Of a DNA stretch of 64,000 nt, positions 28,262 through 38,221 are shown one piece after another (position 1 is the stretch's first letter; every line of letters starts with the position of its first letter). The stretch spans positions 3,959 through 67,958 of the forward strand of contig JALEZJ010000181.1 of assembly GCA_022772985.1 (NCBI GenBank), read 5' to 3'. A program made the translations under genes and the position numbers. Below the pieces are notes generated by a model. It was not told the DNA's origin. It saw only the letters and a program-made list of their open reading frames with translations, and made no database searches. Origin of the DNA: Erysipelotrichaceae bacterium (lineage in GTDB: Bacteria > Bacillota_I > Bacilli_A > RF39 > UBA660).

Positions 28262-28836
28262 TTGAATGGATAACGCATATTGACACATGAAGATTATGAT
28301 CATATGTTTGAAACTAAAAATTTTAAAAAATTTATAGTAAATAAGGTTATTTTTGATAAAGATGAATATAATACATTAGAAACAGATTTAATAAAAAAAT
28401 TAAAGTAAAAAGAACATAAAATATTATAAAAACAACCAAAATTCAAACCAAGAAAGTATATTTCTTATATTTTTAATCAAACTATTTATTAGAAAAGAAG
28501 ATGAGAATAAAAATAGCAATATTATATACTTGAATGATAACCAATAGTATTTCTTATTATTAGAGGATTCACCCCCTGAAAATACAATAGACATATTAAA
28601 CTAGTATCATAAAAAATATTAGTTTTAAAAAAAAGGCACATAGTTGCAGCACTAGAGTAATAAATATTTTATGGATAATAGAAAATCAACAGTTAGTATA
28701 ATTGGTATAGAATTTCATAACAGCATCATCATCGAATAAAGAGGTATTAATTAACTTGAAAGATTCAAATAGATACCAAACAGATCAAAATGGGAGTCTT
28801 ATAATTAAGATAAAAATCATGACGTTTGCTCCATAA
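28262..28836 (+). pseudogene. Diverged, decayed copy of the comEC 3' end (metallo-beta-lactamase domain)
   Basis: It reads LNG*RILTHEDYDHMFETKNFKKFIVNKVIFDKDEYNTLETDLIKKLK*. After frame shifts it continues EDENKNSNIIYLNDNQ*YFLLLEDSP...DILN*YHKKY*F*KKGT*LQH*SNKYFMDN...YQTDQNGSLIIKIK. This is collinear with ComEC residues LNYLILTHGDYDHMG...YRTDLDGSIEIKLK. Confidence 0.75.
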
Positions 28837-28880
28837 GTTGGTCGTAAATTCGCAATGAATTTGCGTTTAATATAGAACAA

Positions 28881-28908
28881 GGAAACTGTCTAATAGTTTC
28901 CTTTTGTT
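28881..28908 (+). terminator. Rho-independent terminator after the displaced comEC fragment
   Basis: ggaaact (28881-28887), loop gtctaat, agtttcc (28895-28901), then ttttgtt. A second hairpin cgtaaattc/gaatttgcg lies just upstream. Confidence 0.6.
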
Positions 28909-29003
28909 AATTATTAGATAACGTTATTTTGTTGACTATTAAGAAAACTTATTATATAATTTGTATAGTGTAAGTAGTTTTTATGATAGTAAGGTGAGTA
29001 AAA

Positions 29004-31232
29004 GTGGCAAAAAAGAAAACAAAAAAAGAGAAAAACAAAAATAAATTTGAATATAGCAATGAGATTATAGGGGTTATTATAATTTTATTAGGTATTATTG
29101 GAATACTAGGAACAGGAGTCATCGGTCATATTGTCAGAAGTTTCTCAATTTTTCTAGTAGGAACGTTATATTTAGGGCTATTAATTTTTTTAGTTATTGT
29201 GGGAATATTATTAATTTTAAAAAGAGAAACACCCAATTTATTTTCAAGTAGATTGATAGGTATTTATATAATAATTATTTCATTGCTAGTGATGTTACAT
29301 GTTAAATACATTGAATTAAACGAAACGGAAGGCTTAAAAATTATTACAGAGACATTTAATAATTTGATGCTTTCATTCACAAGCAATACAGCTTTATCTA
29401 ATGCTGGCGGAGGAATTGTTGGAGCATTATTTAGCTATTTATTCGTTACTTTTTTTGGCGATGGAGCTATAATTATTACTTTTACATTATTAATATTAGG
29501 TATTCTTTTATTGTTCAATGTTAGTATTTTAGAGTTAATAAACAAAATAAAACAGATGATTACTAAAATTTGGGAACGTACTACTGATGAAGAATTAGAA
29601 GAGGAAGAACAAGTTACCGATAAAGTTAAAGTATCCAATGGTAGTGTTGCAGATGATTTACTTGAACAACCAGCTGTTGTTGTAGAACCAATAAAAGTTG
29701 AACCAATAGACGAGGACGTACCTATTGTTAGAACACCACCTAAAATTGTTACAAATGAATTAGTTGAAGTTCCAGATGAAGTGATTATTAACAGTGTAAA
29801 TACAAATTATCAATTACCTTCTATTAATCTTTTAAATACAGTAAAAAATGTAAGTAATCGAGATAATGAGATTAAAGCCAAAGAAAATATTGGAGAATTA
29901 GAAAAAGTGTTAAAAGATTTCGATATTGTTGGAAAAATTGTTCAAGTAAATATTGGCCCAACAGTTACACAATATGAATTAGAAATTAAGGCTGGAACGA
30001 AAGTTAGCAAATTGCTTTCTATCCAAAGAGAAATTGCATTGGCATTAGCTGCTAAAGATGTCAGAATTCAAGCACCAATTCCTGGAAAAAATCCAATTGG
30101 AATAGAACTGCCTAATAAAATAAATAGTTCTGTATCTTTTAAAGAAGTATTATCTAAAATGCCAGAAGTCAACGAGAAAAACTTATTAGCAGTAGGTCTA
30201 GGGAAAGATATTATGGGAAAAGTAAAATGGATGGAAATAAATACAACACCACACTTATTAGTAGCTGGAGCTACAGGAAGTGGTAAGTCTGTTTGTATGA
30301 ATTGCATTATTACATCTATTTTGATGAGAACAAAACCAGATCAAGTAAAATTGGTGATGGTAGATCCAAAAAAAGTAGAATTAAGTATGTATAATGGGAT
30401 TCCCCATTTATTATGCCCAGTTGTTACAGATCCGAAAAAAGCTTCCGTTGCTTTAAAAAATATTGTAGTTGAAATGGAAAAACGTTATGATATTTTTGAA
30501 AATACAAAGAATAAGAATATCAAAGGATATAACGAATTTTGTGAAACACATCCAGAATATTCTAAAATGCCCTATATTGTTGTTATTATTGATGAGTTAG
30601 CTGATTTGATGTTAGTAGCAGCAAAAGAAGTAGAGGATTCTATTATGCGTATTACGCAAATGGCCCGTGCAGCAGGAATTCATTTAATTGTAGCAACTCA
30701 AAGACCATCAACAGATGTTATTACTGGTGTCGTAAAAGCGAATATTCCATCACGTATTTCTTTTGCTGTGTCCTCTAGCATTGATTCTAGAACTATTTTG
30801 GACTCAACAGGAGCAGAAAAATTATTAGGCAAAGGAGATATGTTATTTCTACCAATGGGCGAAAATTCTCCTACTAGGATTCAAGGAGCTTTTATTAGTG
30901 AACAAGAAATCCAAAAGGTCGTTGATTTTGTTTGTGAACAACAAAAAGCTCAATATGATCATTCATGGACAGAAATGAAAAACGATTCAGAAAGTCATAA
31001 TGATGGATATGAATCTCAAGAAGAATATGAAGATCCATTATATAATGAAATTGTTGATTATGTTATTCAAGCTGGAAAAGTAAGTGCTTCTTTAATCCAA
31101 AGAAAATATCGTCTTGGCTATAATCGAGCTGCTAGAATTATTGATTTATTGGAAGAAAGAGGAATTATTGGACCTCAAAACGGATCTAAGCCAAGAGAAG
31201 TATTAATAAAAAAAGAAAATATAGAAGAATAA
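29004..31232 (+). CDS. ftsK: DNA translocase FtsK/SpoIIIE
   Basis: GTG start behind an AGGTGAG RBS. N-terminal TM helices, Walker A GATGSGKS, Walker B VVIIDELADL, and a C-terminal gamma winged helix (SASLIQRKYRLGYNRAARIIDLLEERGIIG). Confidence 0.95.
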   Translation: MAKKKTKKEKNKNKFEYSNEIIGVIIILLGIIGILGTGVIGHIVRSFSIFLVGTLYLGLLIFLVIVGILLILKRETPNLFSSRLIGIYIIIISLLVMLHVKYIELNETEGLKIITETFNNLMLSFTSNTALSNAGGGIVGALFSYLFVTFFGDGAIIITFTLLILGILLLFNVSILELINKIKQMITKIWERTTDEELEEEEQVTDKVKVSNGSVADDLLEQPAVVVEPIKVEPIDEDVPIVRTPPKIVTNELVEVPDEVIINSVNTNYQLPSINLLNTVKNVSNRDNEIKAKENIGELEKVLKDFDIVGKIVQVNIGPTVTQYELEIKAGTKVSKLLSIQREIALALAAKDVRIQAPIPGKNPIGIELPNKINSSVSFKEVLSKMPEVNEKNLLAVGLGKDIMGKVKWMEINTTPHLLVAGATGSGKSVCMNCIITSILMRTKPDQVKLVMVDPKKVELSMYNGIPHLLCPVVTDPKKASVALKNIVVEMEKRYDIFENTKNKNIKGYNEFCETHPEYSKMPYIVVIIDELADLMLVAAKEVEDSIMRITQMARAAGIHLIVATQRPSTDVITGVVKANIPSRISFAVSSSIDSRTILDSTGAEKLLGKGDMLFLPMGENSPTRIQGAFISEQEIQKVVDFVCEQQKAQYDHSWTEMKNDSESHNDGYESQEEYEDPLYNEIVDYVIQAGKVSASLIQRKYRLGYNRAARIIDLLEERGIIGPQNGSKPREVLIKKENIEE

Positions 31233-31241
31233 GAGGTTGTT

Positions 31242-31805
31242 ATGAAAAATCAAACAAAAAGAAAAAATATTTTTGCTTGGTGCTTTTTAATCCTCTTAAT
31301 CATTGGATTATTGGCACTAAATTATATTAAATTTTTTTTAAAACAGAATCCCAATATTGAAACCCACCCTGTAGAAAGTTCTACTCAGAATGCTATTAAT
31401 ACTGCATTAAAGGATATTGTTTATAATTTTAATAATAGTCAAAAAGTAAAAGATTATGCCGAACAAAACATTGTTATGAAAGCTACTTTAAACCAATATT
31501 TTATTTATATTAGTTATATCACGGATACAACAATTACTTATGAGTTCTCTTATAATAATTTAAAATTAGATATTACTGTGCAAAATGATATGGATAATTT
31601 GGAAAAATTTAAAAAAGTTTATGGAGTATTGATTGAGGCAGTTCAACAAAGAATTGGCAATTCGAATAATATTGATTCTTTAGTTGAACAATTATTTAGT
31701 AATGAAATAGAATTTGAAGGAATAACAAAAGAAGTAACAGGACAGACAATTCATTATCAAATGGATATTACAAAAAGATTAGTAGATGAAACCAAAGTCA
31801 ACTAA
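31242..31805 (+). CDS. Hypothetical membrane-anchored protein
   Basis: 187 aa with one N-terminal TM (IFAWCFLILLIIGLLALNYI) and the rest predicted extracytoplasmic. RBS AAGAGG. No family recognised. Confidence 0.6.
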   Translation: MKNQTKRKNIFAWCFLILLIIGLLALNYIKFFLKQNPNIETHPVESSTQNAINTALKDIVYNFNNSQKVKDYAEQNIVMKATLNQYFIYISYITDTTITYEFSYNNLKLDITVQNDMDNLEKFKKVYGVLIEAVQQRIGNSNNIDSLVEQLFSNEIEFEGITKEVTGQTIHYQMDITKRLVDETKVN

Positions 31806-31991
31806 AAGTTTAATTAAATTTCTACTACTAATTAGAAAAAATGAAATGTAGATTGTAAACTAGAACATATTTCATTTGTTAAAAATATGGATAAAGAAAG
31901 TGCCTTGCTTACCTTTAATACAAAGAAGAAACTAAATAAAAAAAATTACAATATTAAAAATGATAATAAATATATAGAATGGAGAGATAAT

Positions 31992-32702
31992 ATGGCGACA
32001 CCACATATTGAAAGCAAAAAAGAAGAAATTTCTAAAATTATTTTGATGCCTGGCGATCCAAATAGAGCAAAATATATTGCAGAAAATTATTTGACAAATG
32101 TCAAAGTGATCAATCAGGTAAGAGGAATGATAGCTTATACTGGAGAATATCAAAAAAAGAAGATCACTATTTTTCCGTCTGGTATGGGAATTCCTAGTAT
32201 AGGAATTTATAGCTATGAGTTATTTCATGATTATGAGGCAGATTGCATTATCCGAATTGGAACGATTGGAGCCTATCACCCAGATTTAAAGTTAGGCGAT
32301 ATCATTTTAGCAACTCGTGCATATTCAGATTCTTCATTTGCACTCGTGCAAAGTGAGTATCCTAAAAATTATCTAGATGCAAATTCAGATTTAAATCAAT
32401 TGATTGCCACTACTGCCAAAGAAGAAAATATAAAATATCAAGAAGGAAAGATTTTTACATCTGATGTCTTTTACGAAAAAAAAGGAATGAATCAGGAACG
32501 GTTAGAACAATTTGACGTTTTAGGTGTTGAGATGGAAACATTTGGATTATTGCAAACAGCAAGAATTTGTCAAAAAAAAGCTACAGCTATTTTAACAGTT
32601 TCTAATTCATTTTGTTTTGACCAGGAATTAACTAGCGACGAAAGAGAAAAAAATTTAAATAATATGATTGAATTAGCATTAAAGAGTAGTTTAAAATTGT
32701 GA
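31992..32702 (+). CDS. deoD: Purine nucleoside phosphorylase DeoD type
   Basis: MATPHIESKKEEISKIILMPGDPNRAKYIAENYL and GVEMET match the hexameric PNP N-terminus and motif. GGAGAG RBS before ATG 31992. The listed 31887 start is an upstream over-extension. Confidence 0.9.
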   Translation: MATPHIESKKEEISKIILMPGDPNRAKYIAENYLTNVKVINQVRGMIAYTGEYQKKKITIFPSGMGIPSIGIYSYELFHDYEADCIIRIGTIGAYHPDLKLGDIILATRAYSDSSFALVQSEYPKNYLDANSDLNQLIATTAKEENIKYQEGKIFTSDVFYEKKGMNQERLEQFDVLGVEMETFGLLQTARICQKKATAILTVSNSFCFDQELTSDEREKNLNNMIELALKSSLKL

Positions 32703-32741
32703 ATATTAGATATACTATAATCAGAGGGAGTTGATCAAAAT

Positions 32742-34022
32742 ATGGATTATGAACAATTTGATATGGGGTCTTATCACTTGCATATTATAAAGACAAAAAA
32801 ATTTAAAACAATTACAGTAGAAGTAAACTTTAGAAGAAAAATAAAAAAAGAAGAAATAACAATTCGAAATTTATTAAAAACAGTATTACTTAGTACAACT
32901 CAAAATTTTAAAACAGAACGAGAACTAATTAAGGAAACAGAAAATTTATATGATTTAAAATTAATTAGTTCAAATATGAGAATAGGAAATTATTCTAATT
33001 TGTCTTTTAAAGTAAGATTTTTGAATGAGTTATATACAGAAGAATCCATGAATGAATATTCAATCGCTTTTTTAATGGATGTTCTATTTCATCCTAACAT
33101 AGTAGATAATCAATTTACTTCAGAGGAAGTAAAAAAAGCAAAAAGTAAGCTAGAGAAAAGTATTCAAAAACTTTCTGATAATAAATTGAAATATGCACTA
33201 ATCAAATTATTAGAAACAACTAAAGATAAACCTTATTCTTATAGTTCATTTGGTTCCATTTTAGATTTAGAAGCAATTACTCCAGCTAGTTTATATGAAT
33301 ATTATAAATCTGTATTACGAGATGATTATGTAGATATTTTTGTAGTCGGAGATGTCGATGTCAGTAAGATGAAAAAGATATTTAAAAAATATTTCAAGGC
33401 TAATACATTTAAAAAAGAACAAAATAATATCTTAGTAGAAGAATTACCACCAAGAAAAAGAATAAAAAAACAAATAGAGTACGAAAAAGCAAATCAGTCT
33501 CAATTAACAATTCTGTGTACTATGAATGGACTTACTGAATTTGAAAGAAAATACGTAGTACTAGTCTATAATGAAATTTTAGGTGGTAGTTCTAATTCTT
33601 TATTATTTGATACGGTAAGAGAAAAAAATTCCTATGCTTATTATGTTAATTCAAATCAAAAGGCTTATGATAATATTTTAATGATTTATTCCGGAATTGA
33701 ACCAGGAAATTATGAAAATGTATTAAAATTAATTAGAAAAACATTATCAAATATTAATAAAGGTTCCTTTAACGATGATGTTTTAGAAAATGCTAAAGAA
33801 ACAATTATAGCTTCCATAAAAGCAAGCACTGATAGTCCTGCGGGAATCATTAATACTTATTATGCAAAAGTCTTAGTAGGATCTGGAGATTTTTCAAAAA
33901 GAATTGAAAATATAAAACAAGTTTCAAAAGAAGATGTTATTAATTTGAGTAAAAAAATAGCTATGCACACAGTATTTCTTCTAGAAGGAAATAACGAGGA
34001 GGATACCGATGAAGAAAATTAA
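32742..34022 (+). CDS. M16-family peptidase-like protein lacking the HxxEH zinc motif (YmfF-like, probably non-catalytic partner)
   Basis: 426 aa with the two-domain M16 layout and no HxxEH. It pairs with and overlaps the following M16 gene. Confidence 0.75.
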   Translation: MDYEQFDMGSYHLHIIKTKKFKTITVEVNFRRKIKKEEITIRNLLKTVLLSTTQNFKTERELIKETENLYDLKLISSNMRIGNYSNLSFKVRFLNELYTEESMNEYSIAFLMDVLFHPNIVDNQFTSEEVKKAKSKLEKSIQKLSDNKLKYALIKLLETTKDKPYSYSSFGSILDLEAITPASLYEYYKSVLRDDYVDIFVVGDVDVSKMKKIFKKYFKANTFKKEQNNILVEELPPRKRIKKQIEYEKANQSQLTILCTMNGLTEFERKYVVLVYNEILGGSSNSLLFDTVREKNSYAYYVNSNQKAYDNILMIYSGIEPGNYENVLKLIRKTLSNINKGSFNDDVLENAKETIIASIKASTDSPAGIINTYYAKVLVGSGDFSKRIENIKQVSKEDVINLSKKIAMHTVFLLEGNNEEDTDEEN

Positions 34023-35280
34023 ATTAAATCATATAGGAGAAAGTGTTTGGTATGAAAAATTAGAAAATGGATTAGATGTCTATTTATATTGCAAAGATAA
34101 CTGTACAAATAATTACGTAACTTTTACAACTAAATTTGGTTCAATTTATAATGAGTTTGTTCCGATTGAGGAAAATAAAATGATAAAAGTTCCTCATGGC
34201 ATAGCACATTTTTTAGAGCATAAAGTCTTTGTTCAAAAAAATGATCCTCAACCAGAAGAATTTTTTGCAAGAAGCGGTGCAATTTGTAATGCTTATACTA
34301 CGTTCAAAAACACTACTTATCTTTTTTCTGGACCAAATCAATTAAAAGAGAACATTAATTTTCTATTAGATTATGTACAAAGCCCTTATTTTACAAAGAA
34401 AAATGTAGATAGTGAAAAAGGAATCATCACTCAAGAAATACATATGTGTGATGATAATCCAACTGACATCATGTATGAAAAAATTCGAAAAAATACATTT
34501 TTTCATAATCCTTTTAAAGATAGCATTATTGGAACTGTAGAAGATATTAATAAAATTAACGAAAAAATTTTATTCACATGTTATAATACATTTTATCACC
34601 CTGAAAATATGTTTTTAGTAGTAACGGGAAATTTTAATGAAGAAGAAATTCTAAATAGTATTATTGAAAACCAAGCTAAGAAAGAGTATAAGCCATTAAA
34701 AGAGATAAAAGTGAAAAAATACGATGAGCCAGATAAAGTTGTGAAGGAAAGACAGATTGTAAAAATAAATACTCCTATTCCAAAAGTTTCTTATAATATC
34801 AAAATATCTCTTTCTAATATTGAGATGAATATCAGAAAATATAATTTATATTTATTTATTATTTTCTCTTGTTTATTTGATGATACTTCCATTTTTGATG
34901 AAGAAGCAAAGAAAGAAAATATTATCACAAATTCAGTATATTTTAATTTACTAAATTGCGATACTCACTTGCTAATTTCATTGATTAATGAGACTAATTC
35001 ATATGAAAGATTATTAGAAAAAATAGAAAAAACATTAAGTAATATAGAAATAGCAGAAGAAGATTTAGAAAGAAAAAAGAAAGTTTTGATTAGTAATGAA
35101 TTATTTAGTTTTGAAAATATAGAAGTCATTAATGATATGATTGTAGATAATATAATATTTGACAATCAAGTAGAACGAGATATCATTGGATTATTAAAAT
35201 CTCTTAATAAAGAAGAATTAGATTGTATTTTGAAAAATTTAAATTTAAAAAATAAAGCAATTGTTATATTAAAAAAATAA
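34009..35280 (+). CDS. M16-family zinc peptidase (YmfH-like)
   Basis: The inverted zinc motif HFLEH is present in GIAHFLEHKVF. 423 aa. It overlaps the upstream partner by 14 nt, with a GAGGAGG RBS. Confidence 0.8.
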   Translation: MKKIKLNHIGESVWYEKLENGLDVYLYCKDNCTNNYVTFTTKFGSIYNEFVPIEENKMIKVPHGIAHFLEHKVFVQKNDPQPEEFFARSGAICNAYTTFKNTTYLFSGPNQLKENINFLLDYVQSPYFTKKNVDSEKGIITQEIHMCDDNPTDIMYEKIRKNTFFHNPFKDSIIGTVEDINKINEKILFTCYNTFYHPENMFLVVTGNFNEEEILNSIIENQAKKEYKPLKEIKVKKYDEPDKVVKERQIVKINTPIPKVSYNIKISLSNIEMNIRKYNLYLFIIFSCLFDDTSIFDEEAKKENIITNSVYFNLLNCDTHLLISLINETNSYERLLEKIEKTLSNIEIAEEDLERKKKVLISNELFSFENIEVINDMIVDNIIFDNQVERDIIGLLKSLNKEELDCILKNLNLKNKAIVILKK

Positions 35281-35433
35281 ATTTTTATAATAAAATAGAA
35301 CAATATAAAATAAAGACGAATAAAACTAGTTAGCATCTTTCTTATAAATGAATTACTAGTAAAAAAAAGCAATTTCTTCAATATTTTTTAAAAATTCATC
35401 ATGCACTTTTAGAAATATCATATATTGTGGGGG

Positions 35434-35452
35434 TTCGAATTTTGACGGACCT
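35434..35452. repeat. Right copy of the 19-bp perfect inverted repeat
   Basis: ttcgaattttgacggacct is the exact reverse complement of 23383-23401. Confidence 0.9.
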
Positions 35453-35474
35453 AGATAAAAATTAAGTGTATTTA

Positions 35475-35509
35475 GGAATACTATATTTTGCATGGTATTC
35501 TCTTTTTTC
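35475..35509 (+). terminator. Rho-independent terminator-like hairpin
   Basis: gaatac (35476-35481) pairs with gtattc (35495-35500), followed by tcttttttc. Confidence 0.5.
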
Positions 35510-35865
35510 TTTTTAAGCATAAATCTAGAATTCATATTGTTAAAGTTATTAAATTGAAAAGATATTCTTCGTATTTAATTCACATTTTATTTAAACTTTT
35601 TAGTAAGTAATTGCGCAATATGAAATAAGTTTATAACCATTTAGCAGTAGGAAATCCTTTAATTGAAATCAATGTAAAGATTAAACTGAAACATATTAGT
35701 AAGCTTAATTATGAACCTTCTTTTTAGATAATGAACAAAAATTTATCCAAAATGTTAATAAATCTATCTTCAATAACATCAATAGTTTAAAAATTTAAAA
35801 AAAGTATATATTCATTTTCAAAATAATATGTTATAATGATATTACTAGAAAGAAGGTATAAAAAT

Positions 35866-36696
35866 ATGACGGTTAGTAGTGTGATTACTGTTATTCAAAA
35901 GATTATTGATATTTCCTTAGTATGGATTATTATTTATTCTGTTTTAAAAAGTTTAAAAAACAACGTAAAAATGATTCTAATTTTTAAAGGTGTTATCATT
36001 ATTGTTCTAGTTAAATTATTAAGTGATTATTTCAATTTAACAACAGTAGGACTTTTATTAGAATATGTTATTATGTGGGGGCCACTTGCATTGATAATTA
36101 TTTTTCAGCCTGAAATTCGTAATATCTTAGAACATTTGGGAAGACAACAAATTTTAACAAGACATCGAGTTCTTACGATGGATGAGAGAGAAAAAATGGT
36201 ATATGAAATTATGAATGCAATTGAATATTTAAGAAAATCCCGAATTGGTGCATTAATTGTAGTAGAAAGAGATGTTAGCCTACACGATTATATTGAAAGA
36301 AGCAAAGCTATTTACGCTGATATTTCTTCAGAATTATTAATTTCAATCTTTTTTCCAAGAAATCCCTTACATGATGGTGGAGTAATTATTCAAGGAAATC
36401 GAATTACTAGTGCTGGAGCAGTATTTCCCATTAGTTTAAATACCAAAATTAACAAAAGACTTGGGACTAGGCATAGAGCAGCTTTGGGAATTAGTGAAGA
36501 ATCTGATGCAATTGCCATTGTAGTAAGTGAAGAAACAGGAAAGATTTCTATTGCAATCAGTGGAACATTAAATTATAATTTATCTATTGATGATGTTAGA
36601 ATGATGTTAGTAGAAGAATTAAAGCCAAAACATGAAATTTTATTAGACGATGAATTTGAAAATGAAGATAGTAGTGAGGATGGTGAGAAAAGATGA
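35866..36696 (+). CDS. cdaA: Diadenylate cyclase CdaA
   Basis: Three N-terminal TM helices plus a DAC domain (RIGALIVVERD, LHDGGVIIQGNRI, GTRHRAALGISE, VVSEETGKISIA). ATG 35866 has an AGAAGG RBS. The listed 35836 ATG lies inside a TGTTATAAT -10 box. Confidence 0.9.
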   Translation: MTVSSVITVIQKIIDISLVWIIIYSVLKSLKNNVKMILIFKGVIIIVLVKLLSDYFNLTTVGLLLEYVIMWGPLALIIIFQPEIRNILEHLGRQQILTRHRVLTMDEREKMVYEIMNAIEYLRKSRIGALIVVERDVSLHDYIERSKAIYADISSELLISIFFPRNPLHDGGVIIQGNRITSAGAVFPISLNTKINKRLGTRHRAALGISEESDAIAIVVSEETGKISIAISGTLNYNLSIDDVRMMLVEELKPKHEILLDDEFENEDSSEDGEKR

Positions 36697-38066
36697 AATT
36701 AATTAAAAATTTCTTTCGAACAATTGCAGCTTTTTTTCGAACTATCTATAATTTATTAGATAAGTTTATCATTGTACCCATTACTAAATTTATTTTATTA
36801 ATCAATGATAAATTTGGAAATCGTACAGATCGTTTTGAAAAATGGATTACAAAAAAAAATACTTTAATTTTTATATCTTTAATTTTAGCAATTTTATTAT
36901 TTTTGTATGTTGATAGTGAGTCAACAGCGATCATTACCGATAGTGCAGAAGTATTATATGGTCAAAAAGTAGAAGTTACTTATAATAATAATGCATATGT
37001 AATAGAAGGATTACCTGATAGTGTTGACGTAACTTTAATCGGAAGAAGAGTAGATTTATACTTAGCAAAACAATTATCAGGTGGAGTTGTTACAGCAGAT
37101 TTATCCGGATTAGGAGAAGGAATGCATACAATTAAATTAGATTATGATTGCTCAATCACATCCGTAGAATATAAGTTAGACCCATCAGTAGTAAATGTAA
37201 CAGTTTATCCAAAAGTGTCTCAAACCAGAATAGCTACAATTGATTTAATCAATGAAAATAAACTAGATAAAAAACTATCTATTGACAATGTAGAATTAAG
37301 CAATTCAGAGATTGTAATCAAAGGAGCCGAACATGTGTTGAGTGAAGTTGCTACAGTAAAAGCTTTGATAGACGTTAGTAAGATTGCAAATCCTAAGATT
37401 GGAGTTTCTACTTTAGATAATAATGATATTAAATTAGTAGCTTATGATTCTTCTGGAGAAGTGATCAAAGATTTAGAAATGGAGACCTCTGACTTAAGTG
37501 CAAAAATTACAATTAATTCGCCAAGTAAAGAAGTACCTATCAAAATAATACCAACTGGTGATTTAGAATTCGGAAAAGCAATTGATACAATTACAACCAA
37601 TATTTCCAAAGTCACTATATATGGAGATCAAGATTTGTTGAATAGTTTGGAATACATTCCTGTAGAAGTAGATATTTCTAATTTGAATGAGGATAAAAGT
37701 TATGATGTAATTATTCCAAAACCTGCTGGTATTAAAGAAATAAAAGAGACCAATTTGAAAGTAAATATTACAGTTGGAACTGAAGTGACACGTGAAGTGG
37801 AAGATGTTTCTATCGAAGTAATCAATTTAGATTCTAAGTACAAAGCAGTGGCAATAGGAGAAAATTCTAGTAAAACTAAAGTGATTGTAAAAGGTACAAA
37901 AAATGTAGTAGATGCATTAGAAGCTTCCATGATAAAAGCTCAAGTAGATTTAGAAGGTTATAGTGAAGGAGAGTATGAAGTAACAGTTAAAGTAATTGGA
38001 GAAGATAATAAAGCAACTTATACTCCAAAGACAACAAAAATCAAAGTTCGAATTAGTAAAAAATAA
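36693..38066 (+). CDS. cdaR: CdaA regulatory protein CdaR (YbbR-domain protein)
   Basis: ATGA overlap with cdaA. N-terminal TM followed by repeated YbbR-like beta-rich modules. Conserved position downstream of cdaA. Confidence 0.8.
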   Translation: MKLIKNFFRTIAAFFRTIYNLLDKFIIVPITKFILLINDKFGNRTDRFEKWITKKNTLIFISLILAILLFLYVDSESTAIITDSAEVLYGQKVEVTYNNNAYVIEGLPDSVDVTLIGRRVDLYLAKQLSGGVVTADLSGLGEGMHTIKLDYDCSITSVEYKLDPSVVNVTVYPKVSQTRIATIDLINENKLDKKLSIDNVELSNSEIVIKGAEHVLSEVATVKALIDVSKIANPKIGVSTLDNNDIKLVAYDSSGEVIKDLEMETSDLSAKITINSPSKEVPIKIIPTGDLEFGKAIDTITTNISKVTIYGDQDLLNSLEYIPVEVDISNLNEDKSYDVIIPKPAGIKEIKETNLKVNITVGTEVTREVEDVSIEVINLDSKYKAVAIGENSSKTKVIVKGTKNVVDALEASMIKAQVDLEGYSEGEYEVTVKVIGEDNKATYTPKTTKIKVRISKK

Positions 38067-38176
38067 TTATTTATATAAAAAAGTTGCTTTAAACTTGAAG
38101 AGACTTATAAAAAAAGAATCGTCAAGATTCATTATTACGCTTAATAAAAAGAGATTAGCTTTTATATTTTTCAAAA

Positions 38177-38221
38177 AAAGAGATTATCATAGACTCTAAA
38201 TTTCAATATGATAATCTCTTT
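38177..38221. terminator. Strong bidirectional terminator after cdaR
   Basis: aaagagattatcat (38177-38190) pairs with atgataatctcttt (38208-38221). A-run before, T-rich after. Confidence 0.7.

Noticed and set aside
31887-31991. N-terminal extensions given by the ORF track (deoD 31887; likewise cdaA 35836, orphan 57853, sortase 62210, cobW 21867, dnaG 42792, uvrC 48607, comEC 24776)
   Set aside because: In each case a downstream in-frame ATG has a proper Shine-Dalgarno sequence at 5-9 nt and matches the canonical family N-terminus. The upstream start has none, or lies inside a promoter box or the preceding gene.
35427-35452. gggggttcgaat read as a tRNA/tmRNA T-arm relic
   Set aside because: The sequence after the TTCGAAT loop (tttga) cannot pair with ggggg. 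No acceptor or anticodon arms can be drawn, and the left copy lacks the G-run.
37996-38199. 67-aa plus-strand ORF overlapping the end of cdaR and running into the terminator region
   Set aside because: It is in an alternative frame of the cdaR 3' end, has no RBS, gives a Lys-rich low-complexity translation and runs through the terminator hairpin.
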